Shown here piece by piece: positions 10,401-18,235 of a DNA stretch of 64,000 nucleotides. The translations under genes and the position numbers were made by a program. Position 1 is the first letter of the stretch; every line of letters begins with the position of its first letter. Location: positions 1,519-65,518 of the forward strand of contig CAZLEY010000005.1 of assembly GCA_964558675.1 (NCBI GenBank), given 5' to 3'. The stretch comes from an uncultured Dehalococcoidaceae bacterium. GTDB taxonomy: Bacteria; Chloroflexota; Dehalococcoidia; Dehalococcoidales; RBG-16-60-22. Below the pieces are notes generated by a model. That model saw only the letters and a program-made list of their open reading frames with translations, searched no databases and was not told where the DNA came from.

Positions 10401-10601
10401 ACATTGGAAGACGAGTTTGGGCATATTCCTTGCATGGTCTTCGGAAAAGTGTACGAGCGCTACGAATATACCTTCCGGTCGGCGTTCCTGATAATCAAGG
10501 GCAGACTCACCCGCCGCGAGGGCACCTGCAACGTGGTCATAAACCAAGTGAAACCGTTCAATGCTTTGGATAAAGTACCGCAGTCCAAGGATTGGAGATG
10601 A
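7467..10601 (+). CDS. dnaE2: error-prone DNA polymerase III alpha-type subunit DnaE2 (ImuC)
   Basis: 1044 aa. PHP domain N-terminus MPYAELHCHSYYSFHDGAS...VTEHDN, Pol III alpha core motifs (PDIDLDF, GQHPGGM) and a C-terminal OB-fold region. Linked to imuB. Confidence 0.9.
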   Translation: MPYAELHCHSYYSFHDGASSLEELMVRAKDLGYRALAVTEHDNLCGAMRFAQLTKSLEMHGIIGAEITLGNGYHLTLLAKDRKGYSNLCRLITAAHASGERNGPALPPGLLPEHAAGLIVLSGCSRGELSQFVAKSRLAEAKNLIKQYLDWFGKDNYYIELQQNLAYGDTARNTALLKLAQETGARVVATGNVHYHIRERHQLQDCLVAVKNCQSLEDTHRERRPNSEYYLRSEEEMETLFHACPDALKNTIDIAERCTLDLTKDLSYIFPDYPAPEGHTPQSYLEKLCQEAAIRRYGSITLQVQKRLGEEFTLIKKYNLAGFLLMYHEVIKLGREVMIDLGLSDPSLTLEENPPGRGRGSSVALLVGYLIGLSHIDPLKYNLSLERFLPADTMTNVPDIDLDFPRSIREELILRTHAKWGWQHAALTGTIATYQIKGAVRDLGKALGLPEAEIDHLAKQADWGSAKKLGNKMERMPSFKEKVDAPVWRDLIRLSAEMDGFPKYAGQHPGGMILSSTPLIDIVPVQRGAIKGRYVCQWDKDSIDDAGFVKIDFLALGALSQLQDAVELIKNRTGKRIDMSRIDFEDAKVYDMLCKGDTIGIFQVESAAQMQTITRLLPRNLLDMAHEVGAVRPGVGVNHGVQEYLARRSKRKSVTYDCPLERRALERTLGVVLFQDQVNQLAIDVAGFAPSEADRLRRAFGRRHNDELIEQYHQKFLAGAVKNGAAEEDAEKVFKKFNGQYMFPESHAFAFGVTAYQASWLKYYYPLEFFVAIFNQQPMGFYNLETLKEDAKKHGINVLNPDINESRAKCTIENGALRLGFSNVTGLGEASAKVIEEGRKRGIFKTIGEFLERTGVLEEVALNLAGAGAFDSLETNRRKVKWEIGLRYRPINTQLPLSLPVEQDIVELATPTDWERMTEEYNVLSLFPAGHVMAKLRSRFNGGFNTSKDIDKLRDGAPVTAAGLVIRRQRPHGKVVFITLEDEFGHIPCMVFGKVYERYEYTFRSAFLIIKGRLTRREGTCNVVINQVKPFNALDKVPQSKDWR

Positions 10602-10622
10602 TGGTAGCCTTATGAAGAATAA

Positions 10623-10811
10623 CTAATGCTCTCGAATCCAGTTCAGTAAATCTTCCTTGAGGAACATCCGCTTGTTTCCTATCTTATGAGAAGGCAGACC
10701 TTCTTTCATCAACTTATATAGGGTTTGATGGCTCACCCGAAGAAATTCTTGTGCCTCCGCGAAGGTCAACAATACCCGTTCCATCTCTTTGTCAGGTTTC
10801 TTTCTTGCCAT
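10623..10811 (-). CDS. excisionase-family (HTH_17/MerR-like) DNA-binding protein
   Basis: 62 aa, LLTFAEAQEFLRVSHQTLYKLMKEGLPSHKIGNKRMFLKEDLLNWI. This is the typical helix-turn-helix of Xis/AlpA-like proteins. Confidence 0.7.
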   Translation of the reverse strand: MARKKPDKEMERVLLTFAEAQEFLRVSHQTLYKLMKEGLPSHKIGNKRMFLKEDLLNWIREH

Positions 10812-10963
10812 TTAGACTCCTCAGTACTAGTTCAGACTCTATGGTAAGATTTTTGGATGAATAGGTCACGTATAGACACTATTAGACTAATATTGACATA
10901 TTTTAATTTGTGAGCTATTATATATTCCACAAAGGAAAATGGTGCGAAAGGAATAATAATAAA

Positions 10964-11311
10964 ATGTGTAAAGAGTCTATTAAGGTAAAACCAGAATATC
11001 CCATGGCCATACATGACGTTGTTAGGATTCTGATGAACAGAGGATATCTTCATAGTCCGGAGGATGTTAAAATCGTCAGACCAGGTTACGAATCAATATT
11101 TCCTTGCGGCGCAGGAAGTCTTGAGGGCTCACTCAAACTGAATCAGCTTAAGTAGGCGGCTGAGAAAGGAGAGTTCTTTTTCTGTTGGTATATCGGTTCA
11201 TACTTAAGTCTGAATCTTAACAAGGGTGTCTTCTCAAAAGAAATTACCCTTGATCCGACCAAGCAGGATGTTTGGAAATTCGTAAGCGAAGTTGACCGAA
11301 CCTTTAAATGA
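10964..11311 (+). pseudogene. hypothetical ORF interrupted by an in-frame TAG at 11153-11155
   Basis: The frame of ORF 10910..11155 stays open for 51 more codons after the TAG, up to the TGA at 11309-11311. A TTGACA(10893)-17-TATTAT(10916) promoter lies upstream, so the ATG at 10964 is the likely start. Confidence 0.4.
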
Positions 11312-11415
11312 AGCCTAGCAAAATGTAAGAGATTTCCTCAGGGGGATTGAAAAGGTGCTTAAAACAATATAAGATTTACTATTCTCTCGATAGCTGTGTT
11401 CTCACGGAGGGGAAA

Positions 11416-11817
11416 ATGGCCTATAAGGAAGTTATGATCGATTCGGTGAGGTATGCCGAAGTCAATGGGAATTGGGTGACGATTCTCAAGAGAAAAGATG
11501 CGGACGAGTATTTTCCAATTTACATGAGCGCCAGCCAGGCCAACATTATCAAGAAGGAATTGATACCAGGCCGGTTCGGAGACCTATGGGGATATGAAAG
11601 ATTCCTCATAGGTAGGGATATTAGCGGACATGACCTTGGATCGCTCATTATTGACGAGCCAGACGGTAACATCCGCGCCAGACTAGTTTTCCAGAAGGAT
11701 AATTCCACAATGGAAACAGAATGCCCTGTTGCGGGGGCGATTGCCTTGGCACACAGGAGAAAAGCTAGAATATGCGTTGACGAAAGCAGCTTCTACAAAA
11801 CTGGGAATGTCGAATAG
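11416..11817 (+). CDS. bifunctional-nuclease (BFN/DUF151)-like protein
   Basis: ATG at 11416 with GGAGGGG upstream. The pattern FPIYMSASQANIIKKEL...ECPVAGAIALAHRRKARICVDESSF resembles BFN-domain proteins. This is a motif-level match only. Confidence 0.5.
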   Translation: MAYKEVMIDSVRYAEVNGNWVTILKRKDADEYFPIYMSASQANIIKKELIPGRFGDLWGYERFLIGRDISGHDLGSLIIDEPDGNIRARLVFQKDNSTMETECPVAGAIALAHRRKARICVDESSFYKTGNVE

Positions 11818-11996
11818 GCGCTTCTTGTAGGAGCTATGTTACCGCCTTCACTATGAATGATTGATATTTTGTGATGTTCGTTCGGTCTCGTGTTAATTAG
11901 AATTTAGTGGAAACAAGTTCAAGAGTGAAATATAATATTTTATTTGCCAACAGTCTTGACAACAGGTACGCCAACAGATTCTTTGGAGGCGAATAA

Positions 11997-12173
11997 TTGA
12001 AGAGAAAATCAGCTCCCGTAGATAAGCTCGAAGCACTGAATTCTGAAACAGATTTGGAGTTTATTCCTGATTCCCAGGAACAGGTATCACTTTCCATTGA
12101 ATATACGGGGTATCGCGATAAGCTAGACCAAACATTCCAAACGGCTATTGTTCGAGCTAAAAGAGCTAAATAG
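11997..12173 (+). CDS. 58-aa hypothetical protein (TTG start), below the ORF-track size cutoff
   Basis: GGAGG lies 8 nt upstream of the TTG at 11997. The frame is open to the TAG at 12171. A terminator follows at 12343. Confidence 0.25.
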   Translation: MKRKSAPVDKLEALNSETDLEFIPDSQEQVSLSIEYTGYRDKLDQTFQTAIVRAKRAK

Positions 12174-12342
12174 CTGTTTTAACATAAATAACACATCCAT
12201 CATCTATTTCATCTCCATTAGCCTTAGTGAATGTAAAGAATCTATGTTTGAACAAAACATCGTTTAGTGCGGCGACAATTTAAAATCAGGTAAAGGCGGT
12301 ATTGACAGGAAACTATCGATAGCATAAAGTAGAAGTCAGAAA

Positions 12343-12368
12343 GGAGGCAAGCGGCCTCCGCCTTTTTT
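12343..12368 (+). terminator. intrinsic terminator
   Basis: GGAGGC-aagcg-GCCTCC followed by gcCTTTTTT. Confidence 0.5.
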
Positions 12369-12377
12369 ACGAGCTAC

Positions 12378-12422
12378 ATGGGGTTCAGGTGGTCGCCGGT
12401 TCAAATCCGGCCGCCCCGACCA
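12378..12422 (+). pseudogene. orphan 3' fragment of tRNA-Pro(GGG): anticodon loop to CCA, no 5' half
   Basis: T-arm GCCGG-TTCAAAT-CCGGC, acceptor 3' strand CGCCCCG, A73 and CCA. This implies C1-G72 and A73, as in tRNA-Pro. The upstream atGGGgt fits an anticodon loop with U33, GGG and G37. There is no matching D-arm or 5' acceptor strand. Confidence 0.6.
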
Positions 12423-12441
12423 TTAAAGTATATTCTTATGG

Positions 12442-12465
12442 GGAGCTGATACAGCTCCACTTTTC
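12442..12465 (+). terminator. intrinsic terminator after the tRNA fragment
   Basis: GGAGCTG-ata-CAGCTCC followed by acTTTTcgTT. Confidence 0.5.
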
Positions 12466-12612
12466 GTTATAGGCAAAGCTAAAAAGTCATCTTTATAATT
12501 GTCGCCTAAAGAAAAACAGGCGTGTGCAAAAAATAATAACTTATATCCTAACTTTTTTAAACATCCGGCGTTATACAATCATAGAAAATAAAATAATGGG
12601 GGGTAAAATACA

Positions 12613-13914
12613 ATGAAAAGGTTATTTTACGCTACTCTAATCTCGATATTCTCGATATCTCTGATACTCGGAGCGTCTCCAGCGCTCGCCCAAACCGGAG
12701 AGAATGAAAAAGAATCTCCAGTACCATCGCAAGGAAGTAGTGGTAATCAGACAATACCACAGGTATTCTCCGTTAATAACCAGTTGATGGAGGAATTGGA
12801 CGACTTGATGAGGACGCTGGAGGAGGCGGAAAACAATAACGATCAGGAGAAGGTTAAAGTGCTGCTGGAAAAAATACGGGTAATTAAAGAAGAGATAACG
12901 AGTGCCAGCATCAAGCCTGTCATTGTGGAAGAGGAACAGCCGACGCAGACGGAGCCCGTGCCGCCGACTGAAGTTAGTTCCGGTGATGTGGGACAACCTA
13001 TTGAGGTAAATCCATGCGCCGAAGTAAAAGCCCTGGAAGAGAAGTTAAGGCACTATGAAGCCTTATATGCTTTATCGGATGAGGAACTAAAGGCGAAAGG
13101 TTACCGCAGAGGTAGAGAAGAGATTAAAATCACCATAGAAAATCTTAAAAGAAGTATTGAGGAACTGAGAATTGCCTGTGAATCCGGTGGCACCAGCAGC
13201 TCAGGTGGCGGTGGCGGCGGCGGGAGGATTCCCCCGACAGAAACGTCACCGGTTGAGTTCATTCCCCCCAGACCGGCACCGGTAGCCGTTGACTCCGCAG
13301 TTGAGATAACGGATTACTACAGGTTCCGGATTGCCGAGATAATGACCGAAGAAGTGGCTGTGGACGAACAGATAGAGAACCTCAAGAAACTGAGAAGCGA
13401 GATAGACAGGTTGATTGAGGAACTGATAAAAAGCAAGGATGAAATCCGCGCTGAGGAAGTCAGTGGCCTGGTGGAAATAATAGAGGTGAGGCCGGGCGAA
13501 GTGCAAATGGACAAGGTAGTTGTAAAAACGGTTGATAAGAGAGTCATCGCCAGAGTCAACAATAAGGACGTGGAAATAAAGCCGATGGAGGCCCAGGTGA
13601 TTATTCACGATGAAAACCTGGTAATCAAAGCACCGGAGTTGTTTATTGAGAATGAGGTTTTAAGGACCGCTAATGCCGAGATTAAGCTCATGCCCAGTAC
13701 TATTGTGGAGAGAACCAGGATTGAGCCAGAAGAGATTGAATTGAGAGAAGAGAACGCCAAAGCAGTCTACAGAATCAGAACAAACGAAAGAAGGAAGCTG
13801 TTTGGCTTAATACCTTTGACAGTCGAGAATACGCTAACCGTAGACGCTGAAAATACGGAAGTAGATATAATCAAAGAAGAAAAGCCCTGGTGGGCATTCT
13901 TTACCACCAAATAA
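12613..13914 (+). CDS. secreted Glu/Lys-rich coiled-coil protein, function unknown
   Basis: Signal peptide MKRLFYATLISIFSISLILGASPALAQ, long EEL/KEE heptad-like stretches and a Gly7 linker. Confidence 0.7.
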   Translation: MKRLFYATLISIFSISLILGASPALAQTGENEKESPVPSQGSSGNQTIPQVFSVNNQLMEELDDLMRTLEEAENNNDQEKVKVLLEKIRVIKEEITSASIKPVIVEEEQPTQTEPVPPTEVSSGDVGQPIEVNPCAEVKALEEKLRHYEALYALSDEELKAKGYRRGREEIKITIENLKRSIEELRIACESGGTSSSGGGGGGGRIPPTETSPVEFIPPRPAPVAVDSAVEITDYYRFRIAEIMTEEVAVDEQIENLKKLRSEIDRLIEELIKSKDEIRAEEVSGLVEIIEVRPGEVQMDKVVVKTVDKRVIARVNNKDVEIKPMEAQVIIHDENLVIKAPELFIENEVLRTANAEIKLMPSTIVERTRIEPEEIELREENAKAVYRIRTNERRKLFGLIPLTVENTLTVDAENTEVDIIKEEKPWWAFFTTK

Positions 13915-13941
13915 TCCTTCAATCTTAATAATATAAAATTG

Positions 13942-13964
13942 GGGGGAGCTTTAATAGCTCCCCC
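13942..13964 (+). terminator. intrinsic terminator
   Basis: GGGGGAGCT-ttaat-AGCTCCCCC followed by TTTTATTT. Confidence 0.6.
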
Positions 13965-14087
13965 TTTTATTTGTCTTTTTGAACGTTATCATACTATAAT
14001 TATCTCTGAGACCTCATGTCTATCTGGCGAGAAAAGCCACATATCGTTCTTTTAACCGTTTTCTTCAGACATCTTTAGGAGGAGCCT

Positions 14088-15335
14088 ATGCTTAGCTGCT
14101 ACCGGATTCTTGATTTGACTGACGATAAGGCGTTCATCTGCGGCCGGGCGCTCAGCGACTTCGGGGCAGAAGTCATCAAGATTGAAAAGCCCGGAGGCGA
14201 CCCTGCCCGCCTCAAGGGACCTTTCTATAAAGACATTATCGACCCCGAGAAGAACCTGACCTGGTTTGCTTTCAACGCGAATAAGAAAGGCATAACCCTG
14301 GATATTGAAACCGCCAGGGGACAGGAGCTGTTTAAGAAGCTGGTCCAAACGGCGGACGTGGTTATAGAGTCCTTCGCCCCGGGATACCTGGAGGGACTGG
14401 GACTGGGCTACGAAGACCTGAGCAAAATTAATCCGGGAATAATTATGACTTCCATCACCGGCTTCGGACAGGAGGGACCTTACCGGGATTATAAAGACCC
14501 TGACGTAGTGGTGCGGGCGCTTGGCGGCCTTATTTATACGAATGGCTACGAAGACCGTCCCCCCCTGACCACCAGCTATATCCACACACACTACCTCGGG
14601 GCCATGAACGGAGCCGTCGGCGCCATGATAGCCTTAAGCCACCGGGCACTGACGGGTAAAGGACAGCACGTCGATGCCATCACCCAGCAGGCCCTTGATA
14701 TCGTGTGCTCGGCGGAAGTCGAGGGGCCTTACGCCCTGTTCGGGGAAATTCCCACTCGACACGGCAGGGCACGGGCAGCAGTCACGCTCAAAGACAATTC
14801 GGTGTTTTACAATCCACTGCTGTGGGAGTGTAAGGATGGTTATATTGCCCTGAACCTCCTGTTAAATCCGGCCTCGGCAAAAAATAACCACAGCATGATG
14901 GAATTTATCAAGGAAGACGGCATTGATATCGGCTCCTTTGAGGACTGGAAATGGCAGACCAAGAGCTGGGAGGACATGACCCCCAAAGAAGCTGACAAAC
15001 TGACGGAAATACTGGGCGAGTTCTTCCTGAACCATACCAAGGACGAACTGCTGAAACTGGCAACCGAGAATCGCTTCCAGCTCGGACCCTGCAATAATGC
15101 CGAAGATGTACTCAAGTACCCGCAGCTTGAAGCCAGAGGATTCTGGAAAGACATTGAACACCCGGAACTGGGCACCAGCTTTAAATATCCGGGCGGTGCT
15201 GTGATGACAACGCAGGGATACTGCGGGGTTCGGCATCGGGCGCCGCTTATCGGCGAACATAATGACGAAATTTATCAGGAACTCGGAATATCCGCCGACG
15301 AAGTGCTTGCTTTAAAAGAAAGCAGGGTTATCTAG
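14088..15335 (+). CDS. family III CoA-transferase (CaiB/BaiF family), subunit 1
   Basis: The N-terminus YRILDLTDDKAFICGRALSDFGAEVIKIEKPGGDPAR is the family signature. Confidence 0.85.
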   Translation: MLSCYRILDLTDDKAFICGRALSDFGAEVIKIEKPGGDPARLKGPFYKDIIDPEKNLTWFAFNANKKGITLDIETARGQELFKKLVQTADVVIESFAPGYLEGLGLGYEDLSKINPGIIMTSITGFGQEGPYRDYKDPDVVVRALGGLIYTNGYEDRPPLTTSYIHTHYLGAMNGAVGAMIALSHRALTGKGQHVDAITQQALDIVCSAEVEGPYALFGEIPTRHGRARAAVTLKDNSVFYNPLLWECKDGYIALNLLLNPASAKNNHSMMEFIKEDGIDIGSFEDWKWQTKSWEDMTPKEADKLTEILGEFFLNHTKDELLKLATENRFQLGPCNNAEDVLKYPQLEARGFWKDIEHPELGTSFKYPGGAVMTTQGYCGVRHRAPLIGEHNDEIYQELGISADEVLALKESRVI

Positions 15336-15352
15336 ACGAGGAGGACTATATC

Positions 15353-16585
15353 GTGGCCAGGAAACCTTTTGAAGGCGTAAAGATAGTACAACTCTGCTGG
15401 GCGGGGGTGGGTGTTTTCACCCTGAACTACCTCAGCCATTACGGAGCCACAACGATACGAGTGGAAACAGCCACAAGGCCGGACCCGGTCAGGCTCTTTG
15501 CCCCGTACGCCCCCACCAACAAGGAGGGTGAGCCCATTGGTCTGGAACGCAGCTCCTTCTTTTCCATCACCCACACGGCCCCGGAATACGGCATCTGCCT
15601 GAATTTCAAACACCCCGAGGCGGTGGATATCTTCAAAAAGCTGGTAGCCTGGGCTGATGTTGTCGGGGAAGGCTTCCCCACCGGCGTTATGGACAAGCTG
15701 GGACTGGACTACGAGGGACTGAAGCAGGTAAATCCGGAAATTATCATGATGCGCACCTGCGGCTACGGGCATACGGGTCCTATGGCTGACCAGCCCGGCT
15801 TCGGCAGTATCCTGACAGCCGTGACCATGATGGATACCATTGTCGGCTGGCCTGACAGGCCTCCGGTGCCCCCATCCACTTATTACACCGACCAGCTTTC
15901 GCCAATGTACGCTTCACTGGCTATCATGGCGGCTCTCGACTACCGCCGCCGGACCGGCAAGGGACAGTATATCGACCATGCCCAGATAGAAGCGGGACTG
16001 AATTATATTACGCCGCTGATTCTCGATTATCAGGCTAACAACAGGGAACTCGCTGTGAACGGTAATAAATGTGACCACGCCGCCCCCCACGGGGTCTACC
16101 GCTGCCAGGGTGATGACAGATGGGTGGCTATTGCCGTGATGACCGACGAGGAATGGCAGAGCTTCAGGCAGGCTATCGGCAATCCAGATTGGGCAAAAGA
16201 CCCGAAATACGCGACCTCAGCGGGGCGGGTGGAAAACAGCGATGAGCTCGACCGCCTGGTAGAACAATGGACGATAAACCTGCCGCCGGAACAGGTCCAG
16301 AAAACGCTGCAGGCGGCAGGAGTCGGTGCCGGACTGGTCGCCAACGCCCGGGACCTTGACGAAGACCCCCAGCTTAATCACTATAACTTTTACCGCGAGC
16401 TGGACCATCCCTATATGGGCAGGCTGCGCTATTACCACCCGGACCCTATTAAATTATCCGAAGCTGAAGCTGATGTGCAACGTCCCGTGCTGCTCGGCGA
16501 GCACACAGATTATATCTGCCGCGAGATACTCGGTATGCCCCAGGACGAGATTGAACGGCTGCGGCAAGAAGGCGTATTCGACTGA
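15353..16585 (+). CDS. family III CoA-transferase (CaiB/BaiF family), subunit 2
   Basis: GTG start 17 nt after the previous stop. Motifs FEGVKIVQLCWAGVGVFTLNYLSHYGATTIRVE and GQYIDHAQIE. Confidence 0.85.
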   Translation: MARKPFEGVKIVQLCWAGVGVFTLNYLSHYGATTIRVETATRPDPVRLFAPYAPTNKEGEPIGLERSSFFSITHTAPEYGICLNFKHPEAVDIFKKLVAWADVVGEGFPTGVMDKLGLDYEGLKQVNPEIIMMRTCGYGHTGPMADQPGFGSILTAVTMMDTIVGWPDRPPVPPSTYYTDQLSPMYASLAIMAALDYRRRTGKGQYIDHAQIEAGLNYITPLILDYQANNRELAVNGNKCDHAAPHGVYRCQGDDRWVAIAVMTDEEWQSFRQAIGNPDWAKDPKYATSAGRVENSDELDRLVEQWTINLPPEQVQKTLQAAGVGAGLVANARDLDEDPQLNHYNFYRELDHPYMGRLRYYHPDPIKLSEAEADVQRPVLLGEHTDYICREILGMPQDEIERLRQEGVFD

Positions 16586-16661
16586 TTCCCGGCATCAGGC
16601 AGGGCAATCATCATACCCAACAATTCTTGAAGTTACCCCCTGGAGAGAGTAGTATATAGGC

Positions 16662-17003
16662 ATGGATTTCGGCCAGCTTTTTCAGTCTATCGTTCCATTT
16701 GCTGAGAGCCTGCCCGCCATCAGAGCTATCATAGCGTTTCTCCTCGTATTTTTTATCCCGGGATTTGCCTGGACATTCGTGTTCTTTAACCGGATAAATT
16801 CAATCGAAAGAGCTGCCCTTTCCCTTGGCCTGTCCATTGCTATGGTAACGCTAAGCGTCCTTGCCTTGAATGTACTGTTCGGGATGAGGATAACCGGGAC
16901 TAACGCCCTCTTTACGATTATCCTGATTACAGCTACAGCCGTGGTACTCTATTTCGTTAAGAGGTTTATAACCCGCCGGCCGGAGGCTCCCAACGGAGAT
17001 TGA
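16662..17003 (+). CDS. small integral membrane protein (3 TM)
   Basis: Hydrophobic helices. The stop abuts the next start (TGA then ATG at 17004). Confidence 0.55.
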   Translation: MDFGQLFQSIVPFAESLPAIRAIIAFLLVFFIPGFAWTFVFFNRINSIERAALSLGLSIAMVTLSVLALNVLFGMRITGTNALFTIILITATAVVLYFVKRFITRRPEAPNGD

Positions 17004-18188
17004 ATGTACGATACGGTAGTTATCGGTGGTGGCCCAATAGGTGGCTACGTAGCTTTTAAGCTGGCTGAGAAGGGACACAGGACACTGGTGCTGGAGCGGA
17101 AGCCGCAGGCGGGGGAAGCGGTCTGCTGCACAGGTATCATAAGTCGGGAATGCGCCACCGCCTTCGCCATTGAGGACAGAGTAATCCTCAGGCAGGTGAA
17201 CAGTGCCAGCCTGTTCTCTCCTTCAGGAAACCGGCTCAGCCTGTGGCGAGCGGAGCCCCAGGCATGCATACTGGACCGCGTGGCTTTTGAAATATCTATA
17301 GCGGAGCGGGCCCAGGGAGCCGGAGCGGAGTATCATTTCAATAGCCTGGTGAAAGACATAGTAACCGGAAGTGACGGGGCGAGTGTTACGGTACTCAGCC
17401 AGGGAAAAGGGCTTGAAATCCAGACAAGAGCCGTGGTCATTGCCAGCGGCTTCGCGCCGGGGCTGTGTACGCGGTCAGGTCTGAGCAGGTTCGGTGATTT
17501 CACCGTGGGCGCCCAGGCCGAAGTAGAAACACCGGGAACGAACGAGGTGGAGGTCTATTTCGGTGATATGGCCCCGGGATTTTTCGCCTGGCTGGTGCCC
17601 ACGACACCATCGATGGCGCGAGTCGGGCTGATGATGCGGAAAAATCCCGGGCTTTACTTGAGAAAGTGGCTGACACTCCTGGCAGCCCAGGGTAAAATAA
17701 CTTCGGCCGAGGTTGAACTGTGCTACGGCGGAATCCCCATCAAGCCGCTGCCCCGAACCTATGGTGAAAGGCTGGTAGTGGTGGGAGATGCCGCCGGGCA
17801 GGTAAAGCCGACCAGCGGTGGCGGCATCTACTATGGTCTGCTCAGCGCTGACATAGCCGCCGAGACGCTGCACCAGGCACTTGAAGACGGCGACCTGTCC
17901 GCTAAAAGACTGGCAAGCTATGAGCGGGGCTGGAAAAAGAAACTGGGACGGGAGCTTAAGGTAGGCTACTGGGTCAGGAAACTGTTCGAACGTCTGAGTG
18001 ACCGGCAGATTGACCGGATATTTGAGATAGTAAAAGCCGGCGGCATTGACCAAGCTCTACTTAAAGCCGAAGACCTTTCCTTCGACTGGCACAGCAGGAC
18101 GATATTACGGCTATTGAGATACCAGGTGGTAGCCAGAGCCATGCATATAATAAAACTTCCCTTCAGGAGCGGTCGGATTGACCTTTAA
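17004..18188 (+). CDS. FAD-dependent oxidoreductase, geranylgeranyl-reductase family
   Basis: YDTVVIGGGPIGGYVAFKLAEKGHRTLVLERK dinucleotide fold and GDAAGQVKPTSGGGIYYG. Confidence 0.8.
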   Translation: MYDTVVIGGGPIGGYVAFKLAEKGHRTLVLERKPQAGEAVCCTGIISRECATAFAIEDRVILRQVNSASLFSPSGNRLSLWRAEPQACILDRVAFEISIAERAQGAGAEYHFNSLVKDIVTGSDGASVTVLSQGKGLEIQTRAVVIASGFAPGLCTRSGLSRFGDFTVGAQAEVETPGTNEVEVYFGDMAPGFFAWLVPTTPSMARVGLMMRKNPGLYLRKWLTLLAAQGKITSAEVELCYGGIPIKPLPRTYGERLVVVGDAAGQVKPTSGGGIYYGLLSADIAAETLHQALEDGDLSAKRLASYERGWKKKLGRELKVGYWVRKLFERLSDRQIDRIFEIVKAGGIDQALLKAEDLSFDWHSRTILRLLRYQVVARAMHIIKLPFRSGRIDL

Positions 18189-18235
18189 CCGCGTTAGTGT
18201 TTAGAATGATATAGCTTTTTTATGGAGAGAGATAG

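Noticed and set aside
11153-11155. Pyrrolysine or programmed readthrough at the in-frame TAG.
   Set aside because: There are no pyl genes or methylamine methyltransferase context in the window. The location in a decaying AT-rich islet favours a nonsense mutation.
12106-12422. Possible tmRNA (ssrA). The tRNA-like 3' end with CCA, together with an upstream CGGGGTA that could pair as a 5' acceptor strand, would give a ~317-nt RNA.
   Set aside because: The acceptor would have G3-C70 instead of the universally required G3-U70, and one pair is mismatched. The interior is AT-rich with no pseudoknot-like GC structure or plausible tag ORF. The CGGGG lies inside a small SD-preceded ORF. The C1-G72/A73 signature fits tRNA-Pro instead.
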